Source of the DNA: Ranitomeya imitator | Taxonomy: Eukaryota | Direction of reading: 5' to 3' | DNA length: 64,000 nucleotides | Assembly (NCBI RefSeq): GCF_032444005.1 | Contig: NC_091285.1 | Location: forward strand, 10,540,001-10,604,000 | Shown here: positions 10,795-22,995 of the stretch, in pieces | Numbering within the stretch: the stretch's first letter is position 1 | Layout of the letters: every line of letters starts with the position of its first letter | Made by a program: the position numbers and the translations under genes | Notes under the pieces: model-generated | The model's input: the letters and a program-made list of their open reading frames with translations, nothing else | Told to the model about the DNA's origin: nothing | Databases searched by the model: none

Positions 10795-13700
10795 AGAACC
10801 CCACGTTCTGAGCACTGGCCTTTCCTCACATGGTATAGTATTCACAATGCCATCTCGATGTAGAGTGTTATTCTTATCTCTACATAGCGCTCCAATGTGA
10901 CCACCGTTTCATGGACCTATATCTCTCTCTCTGACTCTCTGTATCATTACGCTGTTGGCCTGTTGTGCCTCCCTAGCACTCTGCTACTATCTGGCGCCTT
11001 GCCTGTTATCCCCTGCACTGCGATCCTGGCATTACACGGCCTCTTAGCTTCTTGTCCCCACTGTCTGGCACTCTATTCCTCTGCGCAGGCGCCGCCTCCC
11101 CTCGGCTCTCCTCCCCGGTCTTTCCCCTTGCTACGCGTGCGCGGTCCCGGCGGTCATGTGACCTGGTGACGCGGCACGTCAGCTGACCTTTAGGCGGCGG
11201 GCACTTAAACCCGGAAGTGCCGCTGCCTGTCAGCAGTCCCGGGAGTAACGCTACTCCAGCTGTCCGGTGCCGGTGCCAGTGGAGATCCCAGGTATAGCAG
11301 CGCCCTTCCCTGGCGACGTTTTCTCATTCCTTCTGCCCTCTCCTCCTCTCCTTATCCCTTTGCCATCTTATATTCCGTGCTGCCTAGTTACCTTTCTTCT
11401 GCCTTCTTTGTCCTCAGCGCTTTTGCTGTTGCGAGCTCCTCGCCCTCCTACAGCGCCCTGCTCCTGCATCTCCAGATTCTTCAAGGTAACCGCCGCAGCT
11501 CTATAGTGTACCCTCCTGCCTTAGGCCACTCGTCCTGGGTCTTACTTTTTATTATACCATTTTTACTCAGGCGCCCTATTCTCCCGGACTTTGCCGATTG
11601 TTGGCACCCCTGTGGGCCCACATTCACTCTTCGTGGCTTCCAGGTACTTCCAAGGGGGGCTTCTAGTTTTCTTTATTTTTCTATTCTTCTTTATTTCTCT
11701 TCTTTTTTTTTCTACATTTTTTCCTTCTTTTTCGTTTTTCTTTTCCTTTTCTTTGTCTTCAGATCTATGGCCATTCTGGTCTGTAGGTCTGATTCCCTTT
11801 CATACAGGCTCCTGGTGGTCACATACCTGGACTAGTCTCATCATATAGCACGCCCACCCGGGCCTCACGCCTAGCCGTCCTATACGATACCTGTTATATG
11901 GCATGTTGATGTGGTTCTACATGATCTGTTTTTGTGCTCATGTCTTTTGTTTCTATGTTATAGGCACTTCATCTCGCACCCTAGCCCTCTGACCCCGTAT
12001 ATTGGGAGGTCATCTCATTCGCAGTATCCTTCTTTTTTTAAGTGGGGGAGGCTATTTCGTAGCCCACTTTGTTATTCTTTTACTGGGACTTGAGGTCATC
12101 ATCTGATCATATTCCTCTCCTATACACGTTCACAGTCTGTAGCATCCCCTGAACGAGGCTCACGACTCACGGAACACCAGGCCGGATCCACCTAGTCCGC
12201 CACAGTCGTTGTGTGTCACTTCTCTTATGATGTATTTGTTTTTCTCAAGTATAGTGTATTATGTCTGGATTGAGACTGTGCATCATGTTACCTATCTTAA
12301 CAATATGTCTTTGTATTTTTACATATGTATTTCAGTAATCCAGTATCTATTTCTGATGAAGGTCTGTTCAGTAGACCGAAAACGTTTAAAATTGTGGATG
12401 CACCAAATAAACGAATTGTTCACTTTCTATCATGCAAAAAGATCTCCTGAGTGCCAAGTATTTATTGCTTTGATTTGACGGGTTGGAAACCCAACTTGCG
12501 CACGTCTAAGAAGCCAAGAGTGCCGTGCTTAATATTACTACATGCTCTATCCTTCCACGAGCACCTTGGATGATGTCGAGTGAGACCTTCTCCTTCAACG
12601 CAACAGAGGCGGCGGAAATTCTTTCCAAAGTTAGCGCGCCCAGCGACTTTCTTCAGATTCCTGCCAAAGAACTCAAGAATCGCGACTTGGAACGCGAGTC
12701 TAAAAGAGCAGTTAGCTTAGAATTGCACATTATTACAATAGCTGAATACCTCCGTGTCCAGAGGATCCCACGGGGATTGCGGGTCCCCTTACAACCGACC
12801 TTCTTCAGGGAAGATAAAGACTATTGCACGAAGTTCGAACACATTCTAAACAAATGTTCCGCAGACCTTATGACTTTAACCCTTTCCTACCTTCAAAAGA
12901 ACCTGGAGACGGTGAATGCCCAAATCAACGCGATCGAGAGCCAACTGACCAGTACCCTGCCTCAAGAAGAATTCCAGGAACTCAAGTCAAAGAATCAGGA
13001 ATTATTACGGTCACACAGATTAGAATTGGAGAAGAGGAAAAGATCCAAATTCTTGAGAGACACCGAGGACTACCTGCAGAACCGTGTCTACCAGTGGCGA
13101 GATACTCAGCATTCCACCAGGCGCCACAGCTCGCTAAGCTCTTCTGGTTCCATCGACAGCAGGCCCGGCACCTCAAATTCTTCTTCCTCCCATTCTTTTT
13201 TAGGGAACAACCGCAGCCGTCCAAAGGGAAGACGAGGCGGGGGGGGCCAATGCCGCCGGGGAACCCAGAAATCAGATGGCAACACGCTCACAGGTAAGGA
13301 CCTCCCGCTGGTAGTTAACATCTCTTCCAAAAACCTGGACACACATCAACTGGCTGTACTCCAGAAGGGTCTATCCTTTTGCCCTATGTATAAGTTCAAT
13401 TCATTTGAACTCAACATGGACCTGCAGAGGTTCTATCGCAACATTAGATTGCGTGTACACTTCTCAGAACAACCTGCCATACCAAGCTCTTCCGGGCAGG
13501 ATAAGACTCTTCTTGAACTCCGTGACTTGGGGTTACGGACTCCGAGCTCCTACATGCCACCACGGTCCAACCCACCAGTGGAAACCTTCGTTTCCCTTGT
13601 CGAGAGGGACATTCACACATTGACTCGGGAGATGGACCGAGGGAAGTTCCAGTTCCATACCAACCTCACACATTCAGAGAGACTTTCATTGGAGCAACTT

Positions 13701-15385
13701 TCATCGGATAAATCCTTAATTATCAAACCGGCAGATAAGGGCGGGGCGACGGTGGTTATGGACAGGTCTGACTATCTTGAGGAGGTGTTTAGACTGCTGG
13801 GGGACACCACAGTGTACAAAATAATACAACATAACCCTCTGAACCAGTTGATCAAAAAAATCGCACCCATCGTAGATTTCCACTATCAAGCAGGCACCAT
13901 TGATAGTAAATTGAGAGATTTTCTCATTAAAAGGGATCCTATTACCCCGATGTTTTATGTCCTGCCTAAAATACACAAAAGACTAGTTAAACCACCTGGC
14001 CGGCCTATTGTGTCCCTGACCGACTCTGTCTTGTCACCTTTGTCCATGGTATTGGAAAAAATTCTCACGCCGCTAGTTAAAACTACCCGCTCTTTCTTAT
14101 TGGATACCAATGATTTCATTCAGGTAATTAAATCTTTGGGCCCCATATCCCCTTCATCCCTCCTGATAACCTGGGATGTTAACAGCCTTTATACATCGAT
14201 AGTCCACGAGAAAGGCTTAGCAGCTACCGATAGACTCTTACATGACAACAAAGTAGATATTAAAATCCGTCATCTCTGTGCCGACCTATTGGGCCTGGTA
14301 CTCAAAGAAAATTATTTCTTGTTCCAGGACACATTCTATGCCCAACAACAAGGTACCGCAATGGGCGCTAACGTAGCGCCTCCTTACGCTGTAGCATATA
14401 TGGCAAATTTCGAACAGGATTTTGTGTATAATCATCCTCTGTTTATGAGTCACTATAAGGTTTGGCGGAGATATATCGACGATATATTCTGCATCTGGGA
14501 CGGTCCAATTGAATCGCTCCTGCCCTTTGACCAACACATCAATGGTATCTGGCCTGAATTAAAATTCTCGATACAACATGACACACACAGGATTAGCTTT
14601 TTGGATACTCTGATTTACAAGGAGAGGGGGGGTCACTTGGCAATCGATTTATACACAAAACCGACAGATCGCAATGGCCTCCTATTCTTCACCAGTTGCC
14701 ACCCTCCCTCCATTAAGAACTCTATTCCAAAATCGCAGTTTCATAGGGTCGATAGGATAGTCTCCGATGAAAATTTAAAAAAGACCAGACTCATCGAGAT
14801 GGAACACAAGTTTGCTGACAGGGGGTACCCTCAGGGGATACTGACGGAGGCTAAACGGAACATGTCAAATAGTAAAACCAGGGACAATCCCAAAAGAATC
14901 CCATTTGTCTCTACTTTTCACCCTTTCTCTGGCTTAGTACAGTCGACCATACGGAGGCACTGGAATATCATAACCAAGAGCTACCCTAATATTGCAGAGT
15001 TCAAATTGCCATTTCTGTCATGTTTCAAGCGAGCCAGGAACCTCAAGGATAGGTTAGTAAAGGCAGATGTTGGCCCAGGTACCCTGGTTCCCAAGCAGGT
15101 CTTTCTTCACACTCAGAGACGGGGCACATTCCCCTGCCTAAATTGTCTACAGTGCAGTAATGTACAAAAGGGTCCCTCTGTTTTTCACCCACAGACTGGT
15201 AAGGCCATTCCCATTAAGGGCTTCTACACCTGCGAGTCGACTTTTGTGGTCTATCTTATCAAATGCCCTTGCGGCTTGGCCTATGTGGGGGAGACCACAC
15301 AAACGGTGAGGGATAGGGTGGCCCAACATAAGTCTACGATCCGGTGTAATAAGACGCACCTCCCCCTTCCATTTCATTTTTCTGC
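10795..15385 (+). mobile_element. Penelope-like element (Neptune-type): pLTR/UTR region plus RT-GIY-YIG ORF, 3' truncated
   Basis: RT motifs KPADKGG, LPKIHK, GRPIVS, DVNSLYT, QGTAMG, YIDD. Linker CxxCxxC followed by VVYLIKCPCGLAYVGET (GIY-YIG). Hammerhead motif upstream at 12353. Confidence 0.9.
12347..12394 (+). ncRNA. Minimal type I hammerhead ribozyme motif
   Basis: CTGATGA (12353-12359), A, stem II GGTCT/gttcagt/AGACC, GAAA, short palindromic stem III (AACGTT), then TA. Stem I is weak (ATTT/AAAT). Confidence 0.7.
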
Positions 15386-15638
15386 AAAAACAAGGGTTTT
15401 ATCACCAAGTATTAAGTCTTGTTTGCCAGAGGGATCAAATACTTATTTCTCACTGCAAAATGCAAATAAATTTATAGAATTTATACAATGTGATTTTCTG
15501 GATTTTCTTTTTGATATTCTATATCTCAGTGTTAAAATTAAGCTACCCTTAAAATTAGACTGTTCATGTCTTTGTCAGTGGGCAAACTTACAAAATCAGC
15601 AAGGGGTCAAATACTTATTTCCCCCACTGCACCTGTGA
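12525..15638 (+). CDS. Reverse transcriptase / GIY-YIG endonuclease of a Penelope-like element; last ~84 aa read through into Tc1 DNA
   Basis: Uninterrupted 1037-aa ORF with all RT motifs. After HLPLPFHFS the sequence switches to a Tc1 terminus. The start codon is uncertain (native start probably MMSSETF at about 12570). Confidence 0.88.
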   Translation: MLNITTCSILPRAPWMMSSETFSFNATEAAEILSKVSAPSDFLQIPAKELKNRDLERESKRAVSLELHIITIAEYLRVQRIPRGLRVPLQPTFFREDKDYCTKFEHILNKCSADLMTLTLSYLQKNLETVNAQINAIESQLTSTLPQEEFQELKSKNQELLRSHRLELEKRKRSKFLRDTEDYLQNRVYQWRDTQHSTRRHSSLSSSGSIDSRPGTSNSSSSHSFLGNNRSRPKGRRGGGGQCRRGTQKSDGNTLTGKDLPLVVNISSKNLDTHQLAVLQKGLSFCPMYKFNSFELNMDLQRFYRNIRLRVHFSEQPAIPSSSGQDKTLLELRDLGLRTPSSYMPPRSNPPVETFVSLVERDIHTLTREMDRGKFQFHTNLTHSERLSLEQLSSDKSLIIKPADKGGATVVMDRSDYLEEVFRLLGDTTVYKIIQHNPLNQLIKKIAPIVDFHYQAGTIDSKLRDFLIKRDPITPMFYVLPKIHKRLVKPPGRPIVSLTDSVLSPLSMVLEKILTPLVKTTRSFLLDTNDFIQVIKSLGPISPSSLLITWDVNSLYTSIVHEKGLAATDRLLHDNKVDIKIRHLCADLLGLVLKENYFLFQDTFYAQQQGTAMGANVAPPYAVAYMANFEQDFVYNHPLFMSHYKVWRRYIDDIFCIWDGPIESLLPFDQHINGIWPELKFSIQHDTHRISFLDTLIYKERGGHLAIDLYTKPTDRNGLLFFTSCHPPSIKNSIPKSQFHRVDRIVSDENLKKTRLIEMEHKFADRGYPQGILTEAKRNMSNSKTRDNPKRIPFVSTFHPFSGLVQSTIRRHWNIITKSYPNIAEFKLPFLSCFKRARNLKDRLVKADVGPGTLVPKQVFLHTQRRGTFPCLNCLQCSNVQKGPSVFHPQTGKAIPIKGFYTCESTFVVYLIKCPCGLAYVGETTQTVRDRVAQHKSTIRCNKTHLPLPFHFSAKTRVLSPSIKSCLPEGSNTYFSLQNANKFIEFIQCDFLDFLFDILYLSVKIKLPLKLDCSCLCQWANLQNQQGVKYLFPPLHL
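15388..15630 (+). mobile_element. Right end of a Tc1-family transposon
   Basis: Ends CAAATACTTATTTCCCCCACTG, the reverse complement of the TIR type at 17413. Subterminal sequence resembles 18590-18815. Confidence 0.8.
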
Positions 15639-15639
15639 C

Positions 15640-16015
15640 CGAACTGCTCACATCAACCTCACCTGCCCAGAGAGGCAGAAGAGGAACCCCACATCTGAGG
15701 CCCAGGAGCCTAATGCAGCTGTTCTTTTTGTGGGTGGAGTGATTGGGAGGTCCCGTGACAGCTTGCAGCCACTTACTGCAGGCAATACGGTCACTGTGGG
15801 GCTCAAGTACACCATTGCAGAATGAACTCTCAAGCTCCCTGAATTCTGTTCCCTAAAGAAATCATCCCTGGGAAGACCCTGATTGTCAGCGGGTTTGGGC
15901 ATGTTCTCCGACCCATACCAATGGCCTGAGTTTTCCTGGTTTGGGGTGGTGGGAGGGGGTTAAGGTAAGTGGGTGTGTCTGAGAACCTCCCCATTAATGT
16001 TTTATTGGAATCCAG
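15640..16015 (+). mobile_element. Decayed Gypsy gag-protease fragment
   Basis: Broken frames read VLFVGG...LQPLTAGNTVTVGL and KEIIPGKTLIVSGFG...VGVSENLPINVLL, resembling the protease region of SCAN-type vertebrate Gypsy elements (recalled). Confidence 0.5.
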
Positions 16016-17412
16016 CAATCAGTTGTTTGATTATTTTGGTTTCCATTCATCGCTAATGACAAATTACACAGTTGATATCAGGAATATTTTGCACTTGAAT
16101 CTTTATTTCATCGAGATCCAATGTGAGATTTATGTGTAACCTTCATTATTTTCAGCAGTGTATAATATGCAGAACTTTGTATCTGAGCCTATTGTGACAA
16201 CACAACATTTTATCTTAATTAACCAGAATTCTATTTTCCGTAAGCCAGGAGGAATAGACTGTTATCTATATGTTGACTTTTGAATTTATGTGTTTGTTCT
16301 CTTGTTGGCCAAGTAAAACACAGACTGTTGTTCATATGAGCCTGTAGTATTGACTTTTAAGTTGACGCTTGTTGTAACTTATTGTGCTGTTATCCTGGAT
16401 GACAAAAGTTGCAGGATAATTGAACAATGTTTGCTGATATGTTAATTACACATTGCCCAGGCCAGCTAGTTTGTTGACTTGCAAAACAGAGGAGGAAAAA
16501 CTTTGCAAAGAGATTAAATAACCAAACAATGCGAGTTAATCTCATCACCATTCTTCCCCTTTACCTCTGGATGTTGGTTTGAAGGACGACAATTGGGAGC
16601 TATATATATGCATCTGTAACAATTTATCCAATATAACCAAACAGCGAAGACATCCAGATATCCAAGACATCGAGAGATCCAAAGAACCAGAGACTCTTTA
16701 CAAAACCACAGCCAGGAACACTCTACAGGACTGCCGCCAATACATCATGGCTCCATCACGAGGGACACAAATTTGACATTCTACAGGATGTCAGCTTAGG
16801 GGTCCACAGCCCCAGCTGAAAGAATATAGATTTGCTCTATTGACCATCACTGAACCATGGATATGTTTGGGGTAGTCAGGATTTAAACCCACCGGTCACC
16901 TGAGCCCCATGGATATGTTTGAGAAAGCCAGGAATGGGACCCACCAGTCACTAGGCTCCATGGAGATGTTCTGAGAAGCCAGGTTGTGACCCTCCAGTCA
17001 CCTGGCCTTGTACCTTAATGGACTGTCATCTTCCTAAGCTTGTCGTTACCTCCTCTCACTGCGTGCCATAGATGGGGTAGTTGGCCCTGGAAGCTCTGAA
17101 CTTATACTTCTCTGGCAAGTCAGAGTGAGTATCTGTAATTTTGCACCATCTTGGGTATTTTTCTGGGACTGTTTTATGTGATATTTGCCTGTTTTGTGGT
17201 TCAGTATTGCCATCCTGTTTTACCCTCACCCTATGTTGTCTGAGTAGTATTATGCCCATGGTACAAGGCGTTCAGTGGGATGATCTTTGGTCTATGCAGT
17301 TTCGGCTAGCAGACTAGGGTACCTGCAGACCGCCTTGTCTTCACACCTATTTTGTGTGATACTGTCTGATGAATCTAATCTTATCATGTGTGATTCTGTG
17401 CTAATCTGCGTA

Positions 17413-18815
17413 CAGTGGGGAAAATAAGTATTTGATCCACTGCCGATTTTACAAGTTTTCCCAACTACAAAGAATGGAGAGGTCTGTAATTATTATTATC
17501 GTAGGTACACTTCACTTGTGAGAGACAGAATCTAAAATAAAATTCAGAAAATCAAATTGTATGACTTTTGCATAATTAATTTGCATTTTATTGCATGAAA
17601 TAAGTATTTGATCACCGACCAACCAGCAGGAAGTCTGTCTCTCACAGACCTGTTAGTTTTCTGTAAGAAGCCTCCTACTCTGCACTCGTTACCTGGATTA
17701 ATTGCTCCTGTTTGACCTCGTTACCTGTATAAAAGACATCTGTCCACAAACTCAATCACTCTACACCCTCTCCACAATGGCCAAGACCAAAGAGCTGTCT
17801 AAGGACATCGGGGACACAATTGTAGACCTGCACAAGGCTGGGATGTGCTACAGGACAACAGACAAGCAGCTTGGTGAGAAGGCAACAACTGATGATGACA
17901 CAATTATTAGAAAAGGGAAGAAACACAAGAGGACTGTCAATCTTCCTCAGTCTGGGGCGTCGTGCAAGATCTCACATCGTGGGGTAAGAATGATTCTGAG
18001 AAACTTCAGGTTTCAGCCCAGAACTACATGGGAGGGTCTGGTCAATGACCTGAAGAGAGCTGGGACTACAGTCTTAAACATTACCATTAGTAACATACCA
18101 CAGCATCATGGATTAAAGTCCTGCAGGGCATGCAAGGTCTGCCTGCTCATGGTGGGGGAAACATCATGCTTCGGGGGTGTTTTTCTGCAAAGGGAACAGG
18201 ACGACTTTCCTGTATTGGAGGGAGGATGGATGGGGTCATGTATTGTGAGATTTTGGCCAACAACCTCCTTCCCTCAGTAAGAGCGTTGAAGATGGATCGT
18301 GGCTGGGTCTTCTAGCATAACAATGACCTGAAACACACAGCCAGGGCAGCTAAGGAGTGGCTCCGTAAGAAGCATTAACAGGTCCTGTAGTGGCCTAACC
18401 AGTCTCCAGACCTGAACCCAATAGAAAATCTTTGGAGGGAGCTGAAAAATCAATGTTGCCCAGCAACAGCCCCAAAACCTGAAAGATCTGGAGAAGATCT
18501 GTATGGAGGAGGGGGCCAATATCCCTGCTGTGTGCAAACCTGGTCAGGAACTACAGGAAACGTCCGACCTCACTAACTGCAAACAAAGGTTTCTGGACCA
18601 AATATTAAGTTCTGTTTTTCTATTGTATCAAATACTTATTTCGTGTAATAAAATGCTAATTATGTAAAAATCCAACAATGTGATTTTCAGGATTTTTTTT
18701 TTAGATTCTCTCACAGGTGAAGTGTACCTCCGATAAAAAATTACAGACCTTCTATTCTTTGTAGGTGGGAAAACTGCATAATCGGCAGCGCATCAGATAC
18801 TTATTTTCTCCACGG
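17413..18815 (+). mobile_element. Tc1 transposon relic with internally deleted transposase pseudogene
   Basis: TA|CAGTGGGGAAAATAAGTATTTG left TIR and a degenerate right TIR. ATG at 17777 gives [10 protein letters not shown]. Later frames contain [18 protein letters not shown] and [15 protein letters not shown], with stops and frameshifts. Confidence 0.9.
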
Positions 18816-19929
18816 AATATCTAATCCTATCATGTGATACTGTCTGCTGAGCTGTGTATCTAATCCAATCATGTTCGATGCTGTCTATTGATATACTGTA
18901 TCTAATCCTATCCTAGATTTAATTATATATGAAATATCAATAAATGATAGTACACAGCATCTCATGGAACTATTGAGTCAACTTTACCCATAAATGAAGC
19001 GCACGTCCTATCCAAGGAGTCATTCTTGGAAAAATTGTCCAGTATCCATATACGAAAAATACAGCGCCTCAAGAGTTGGTGAAAAGAAAATCACATTTAT
19101 TCTGCCTTCTGTGTCGACGTTTTGATCCAATGATCTTTATTAATTATATGGGTCACACTCGGGTCACTTGCACCGTGGTCCTCGGGGTGGTCAGTTGGCT
19201 GTTAAAAGGGGCGATACTTCTTGCTCCTCTTTGTAGCTCTCAATATTTCTGCAGAATTTCTTGGTAGTTGAGAAAAGGATTCTTCAGGGTCAGTGTTCGA
19301 GGTTTGTTGGGGAAATTAGGTGCAGGGTAACATCCTGTCTCCCCAGGGATGGACATCACTTCTGATCGAGGGGGTGTCGTTGCGCCTGGTCCCGTGTATC
19401 TGTCCAAAAAACACCAACAATGAAAATAACAGATGTAGAAGTATAAAAAATGTTCTCATTCTGCCCCCCAGAGTTTACAGTTCTAAGGAGCTGACCATGG
19501 ATGTGGATACAATATATTAGAGTAGAGTGTGAATTACCTACAAGAGGAGAGGTGTGCTGAACAAAGAGCAGTTCCCAGAGTGACTACAGAAAATAATGAA
19601 ATACCAAGGAATAAAGCAAATACTGTTAATAAATATACTGCCTACTTCCTAATGATTGTAGCACCGGCGTCCCTGCACGATTCCCATCCTCATCTCCCAC
19701 GTCAGGGATGCCGACTCGGCCTGCTGATACTCCTGCTACTGCAGTCTCCTGGGGTCTGCGCACGTCTGGCAGAACCATAGGCATGCATACTCCACCGGTC
19801 TCTTGAAGACACAGCACGCACTGTTGGAAAATGACCCCAGATAATAGCTGAGATACACTTTTTACTTAAGGCACCTCCACCTGTTGGGAGGTGCCTGAGC
19901 AATGTGTACTCTCTATTTGTCTGCACGCT

Positions 19930-20790
19930 TGCTAGTTGTCAGGTCCCCTGTTCTCTCATACCTGCTTATACCTGCCTGTCCGAAGGAATTGTACCTCAGA
20001 TGAGGATTTTCATGTGCAGGCAAGGTTCTTGACAGAGAGATTCCAACAACGTGGTTATCCTAAGAAAGTAACTTCAGCAGCCTTCCAATGGGTCAAAGGA
20101 TACAGTCAGGACTCATCACTTATTCCTCATGACCGGAAATAGGATTCTGTGACAAGATTGATCACCAATTACAAGACCCGGTGGGATCAGGTGAGGGGTA
20201 TTTAACAGAACCTTTGGTCTATCCTCACTACTGATGCTCAAACATCCCCGCTCATCAGTACATGACCCCTTTTAACAGCTAGAAGGGCCCCAAACTTGCG
20301 TGATATCTTAACCAGAAGTCACTATGTTCGACCCACTATGAGGCTCAATCGGGGCATCTCACTAAGGGGATCTAAGGGGAATGTAGCATATGTCTGTTCA
20401 CGAACCCAACCAGGGACAGTTCATTCAAATCATACATCAACCGTAAGACGAGAAATGTAATAAATGCAATTATTTGTCCTTGTCACAGAGTGTATGTCGG
20501 TCAGACTTCTCAGGAGCTGAGAAAATGGGCACAAAGCCACCTTTCTACTATTCATCTGGCAGCAGCTGATCTGAAGAAGGGTTGCCTATCTCCTGATGAA
20601 ACATGGTGGAAAATCCAACAATATTCACTTTTTCGGTCTACAGAAGATCGTAGGCAATGGGGAGGTGGAAGCTGCCAAAAACAACTATTACAAGTGGAGA
20701 CAAGATGGATCTTCAACTCACAAGCCATCGCTCCATCTGGATTAAATGAAGAATTACTTTTTACTGGATTCTTGGGCTAATCTACTCTGG
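19930..20790 (+). mobile_element. Decayed second Penelope-like element (RT thumb plus GIY-YIG)
   Basis: RFQQRGYPKK, RRAPNLRDIL, ICPCHRVYVGQTSQELR and ETRWIFNSQAIAPSGLNEEL, interrupted by stops. Confidence 0.8.
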
Positions 20791-22995
20791 CTCATGATAA
20801 ATTACTTTCTTTAGATGTTCTCTCTGTCTTGTTGTCCATGTCTACTGACGTTGCTTTTCTACATGATTGGACATCTTTCGGTCTTCTCTGGATGGGTAGT
20901 TATTACACTTGGACCCCCAGGACTGGCGGCCATCTGTCTCATCCTAGGATACTTATCATGGTGATGCCATTATCTAATATCTGCATTGTTACCTTAGAAC
21001 CATGTAGGTTTTCTGGTTTCCTCTATTTTACCACCACATCGATGCAGATGCCTGGGCACAGGTCTGGCTCAATGCATCTATGTTCGGGGCCCTATCCTTG
21101 TATAACTTTACATTATTCAATGCTCTCCTCCCTTATACATGGTTTGGGTCTTATAGAACATTGGGCCTCAAGTTTTGTCCTATTGATGACTTTACACCAC
21201 ATTGGGTCCATATTGAGATCACATGAATAAAATATTAAATACTCCCCATTTTTGGCTCCTCTGGTATTGAATCCTTTCTGACCGGTCACGCAGTTCACGT
21301 AGGGTTATGTCTACCTTTGGCACAGTGTATGTGCTGGTCTTGACATACGCGTCTTATCCTTGGCCAATATTTGTCCTTTATGGGGCTCCTTATGACCAGG
21401 CGGCATATGCACATTACTATTCCCTTTATACCATGATCTTTACTTATCAGACAATAGTGCACCCCATTTATTATATTACGAGATGCAGTGAACCAATCCC
21501 CAAAATGTCACCCACTACATATATTGTGAAATCCATAGTTACAACAGGACAGAGAAAAACGATGGGTGGTGATGCCCACCCTGAATGGCCGACCTCCTTT
21601 GTTAACTCACCCCTACTTGCTGTGTGAAGTAGGGGTGAGTTACCCAACATCATCTTCTAGGGGAGGACATGAGTGATTTGACCATCTCGAAAATAAAAAG
21701 AGGGGAAATGTTAGAGTACGGAAAGTGTTAATGAGTTCAGGACTGCCAAAATCTCACAGGGTGTTGTGCTTCTCACAAGAACTCACTGAAACAAAGACTT
21801 GCTGAGGGGTTATGACGGTGCTGGAGGGATGCCGTGAGGGTCTTTTCTTATAATGCAGTTCTGCATTCCGCTATTTGCCATCATGTCGGCCTACAGTCAG
21901 AGGGGCATTGTCATGAATGGGGTTATGAGTTATACAGATGGAAGGCTGGGGGCATTGGATCACGGCCCGCACCCCCTGCTGTGAACAGGTAATTGAAGCA
22001 GGTTATCTGATGGAGAGCAGACACGGAGTAGTAACAGGGAACTGTCAATGTTGGATGTGTCCCTGTATACCTCCACTAGATTCACCTCATGGAGCCGTTC
22101 TCTCTGTACGGCATAGTCAAGGTAAAACAAGGTTTCTGATATTTTAGTTCTAGTTCTCCAGACTCCATGGCGGTATCCATGATCAGGGATCATATTCGCC
22201 TCTGGGGGTAAAATTACAGAAGTTTTGCTAGCAGGTGACGGACATATCTCCCTGAATTATGGCTATATCATGTTCATGTATGGTATAGTCAGATGCTTGA
22301 AGGACGTTCGGAGAGATGACGGCCACATTGTTTCTCTCGGAGGTTAATGGGGGAAAATATGACCCACGGCAGAAATCTAATCATCCGTCCCCTTTTTATC
22401 TCAGCTGATGGAGGAGTCAGACCCTTCATAACATCTCATGTGCCGAATATCCGGGTCAGATATAGAAGAACCTCATGCGTATGGTCATTCTATATCACAA
22501 CGTCTTTTGGTGGCATCTTCCACGCAAAGAAGTCTCACGATCCGGTTGTGTAAGGATTCTTCATTCCTACATTTTATCTGTCTGTTTTAGGTCTTTCTGT
22601 TATTCCTTCTTTTGTACATTAAATCTAAAATGTTATAAGTTTGTTCTTCGTTGTTCTAAACGTTCCCACGACCTCAAGGAGAGAAGATAACTTTTACCTT
22701 GTAGGTATAGAGAAAAAAGTGAACCATTCAGGAGCTTGGGAAAGCTGGGAGTGCATGTGTACCAGTGTGTTGCCCAATGCAGGCGTCTCGCTCTCCTGGT
22801 AAAACGGCCACTGGCAGCAGCATAGTGTGGCGTGGATGTGGGGTCCGTCTATGAGCCCCCCACATCCTTAGCTCATTGTTGGCCTATTGCGATAGGTGTG
22901 TGGGAAGCTGAGTTCCCGTTTTCAGTCTGTACTGAGCCCCGTGTGTCACGAACGTGTATAAATAAATAGACTATGACCGGTCCCGTGTTTCTCAC

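Noticed and set aside
15648-15902. Possible NRIP2 or other host exon on the minus strand with a donor-like site
   Set aside because: No similarity to recalled NRIP2. The plus strand is better explained as a Gypsy protease relic.
21650-22700. Possible further minus-strand retroelement relic
   Set aside because: Composition is suggestive, but I could not recover diagnostic motifs.
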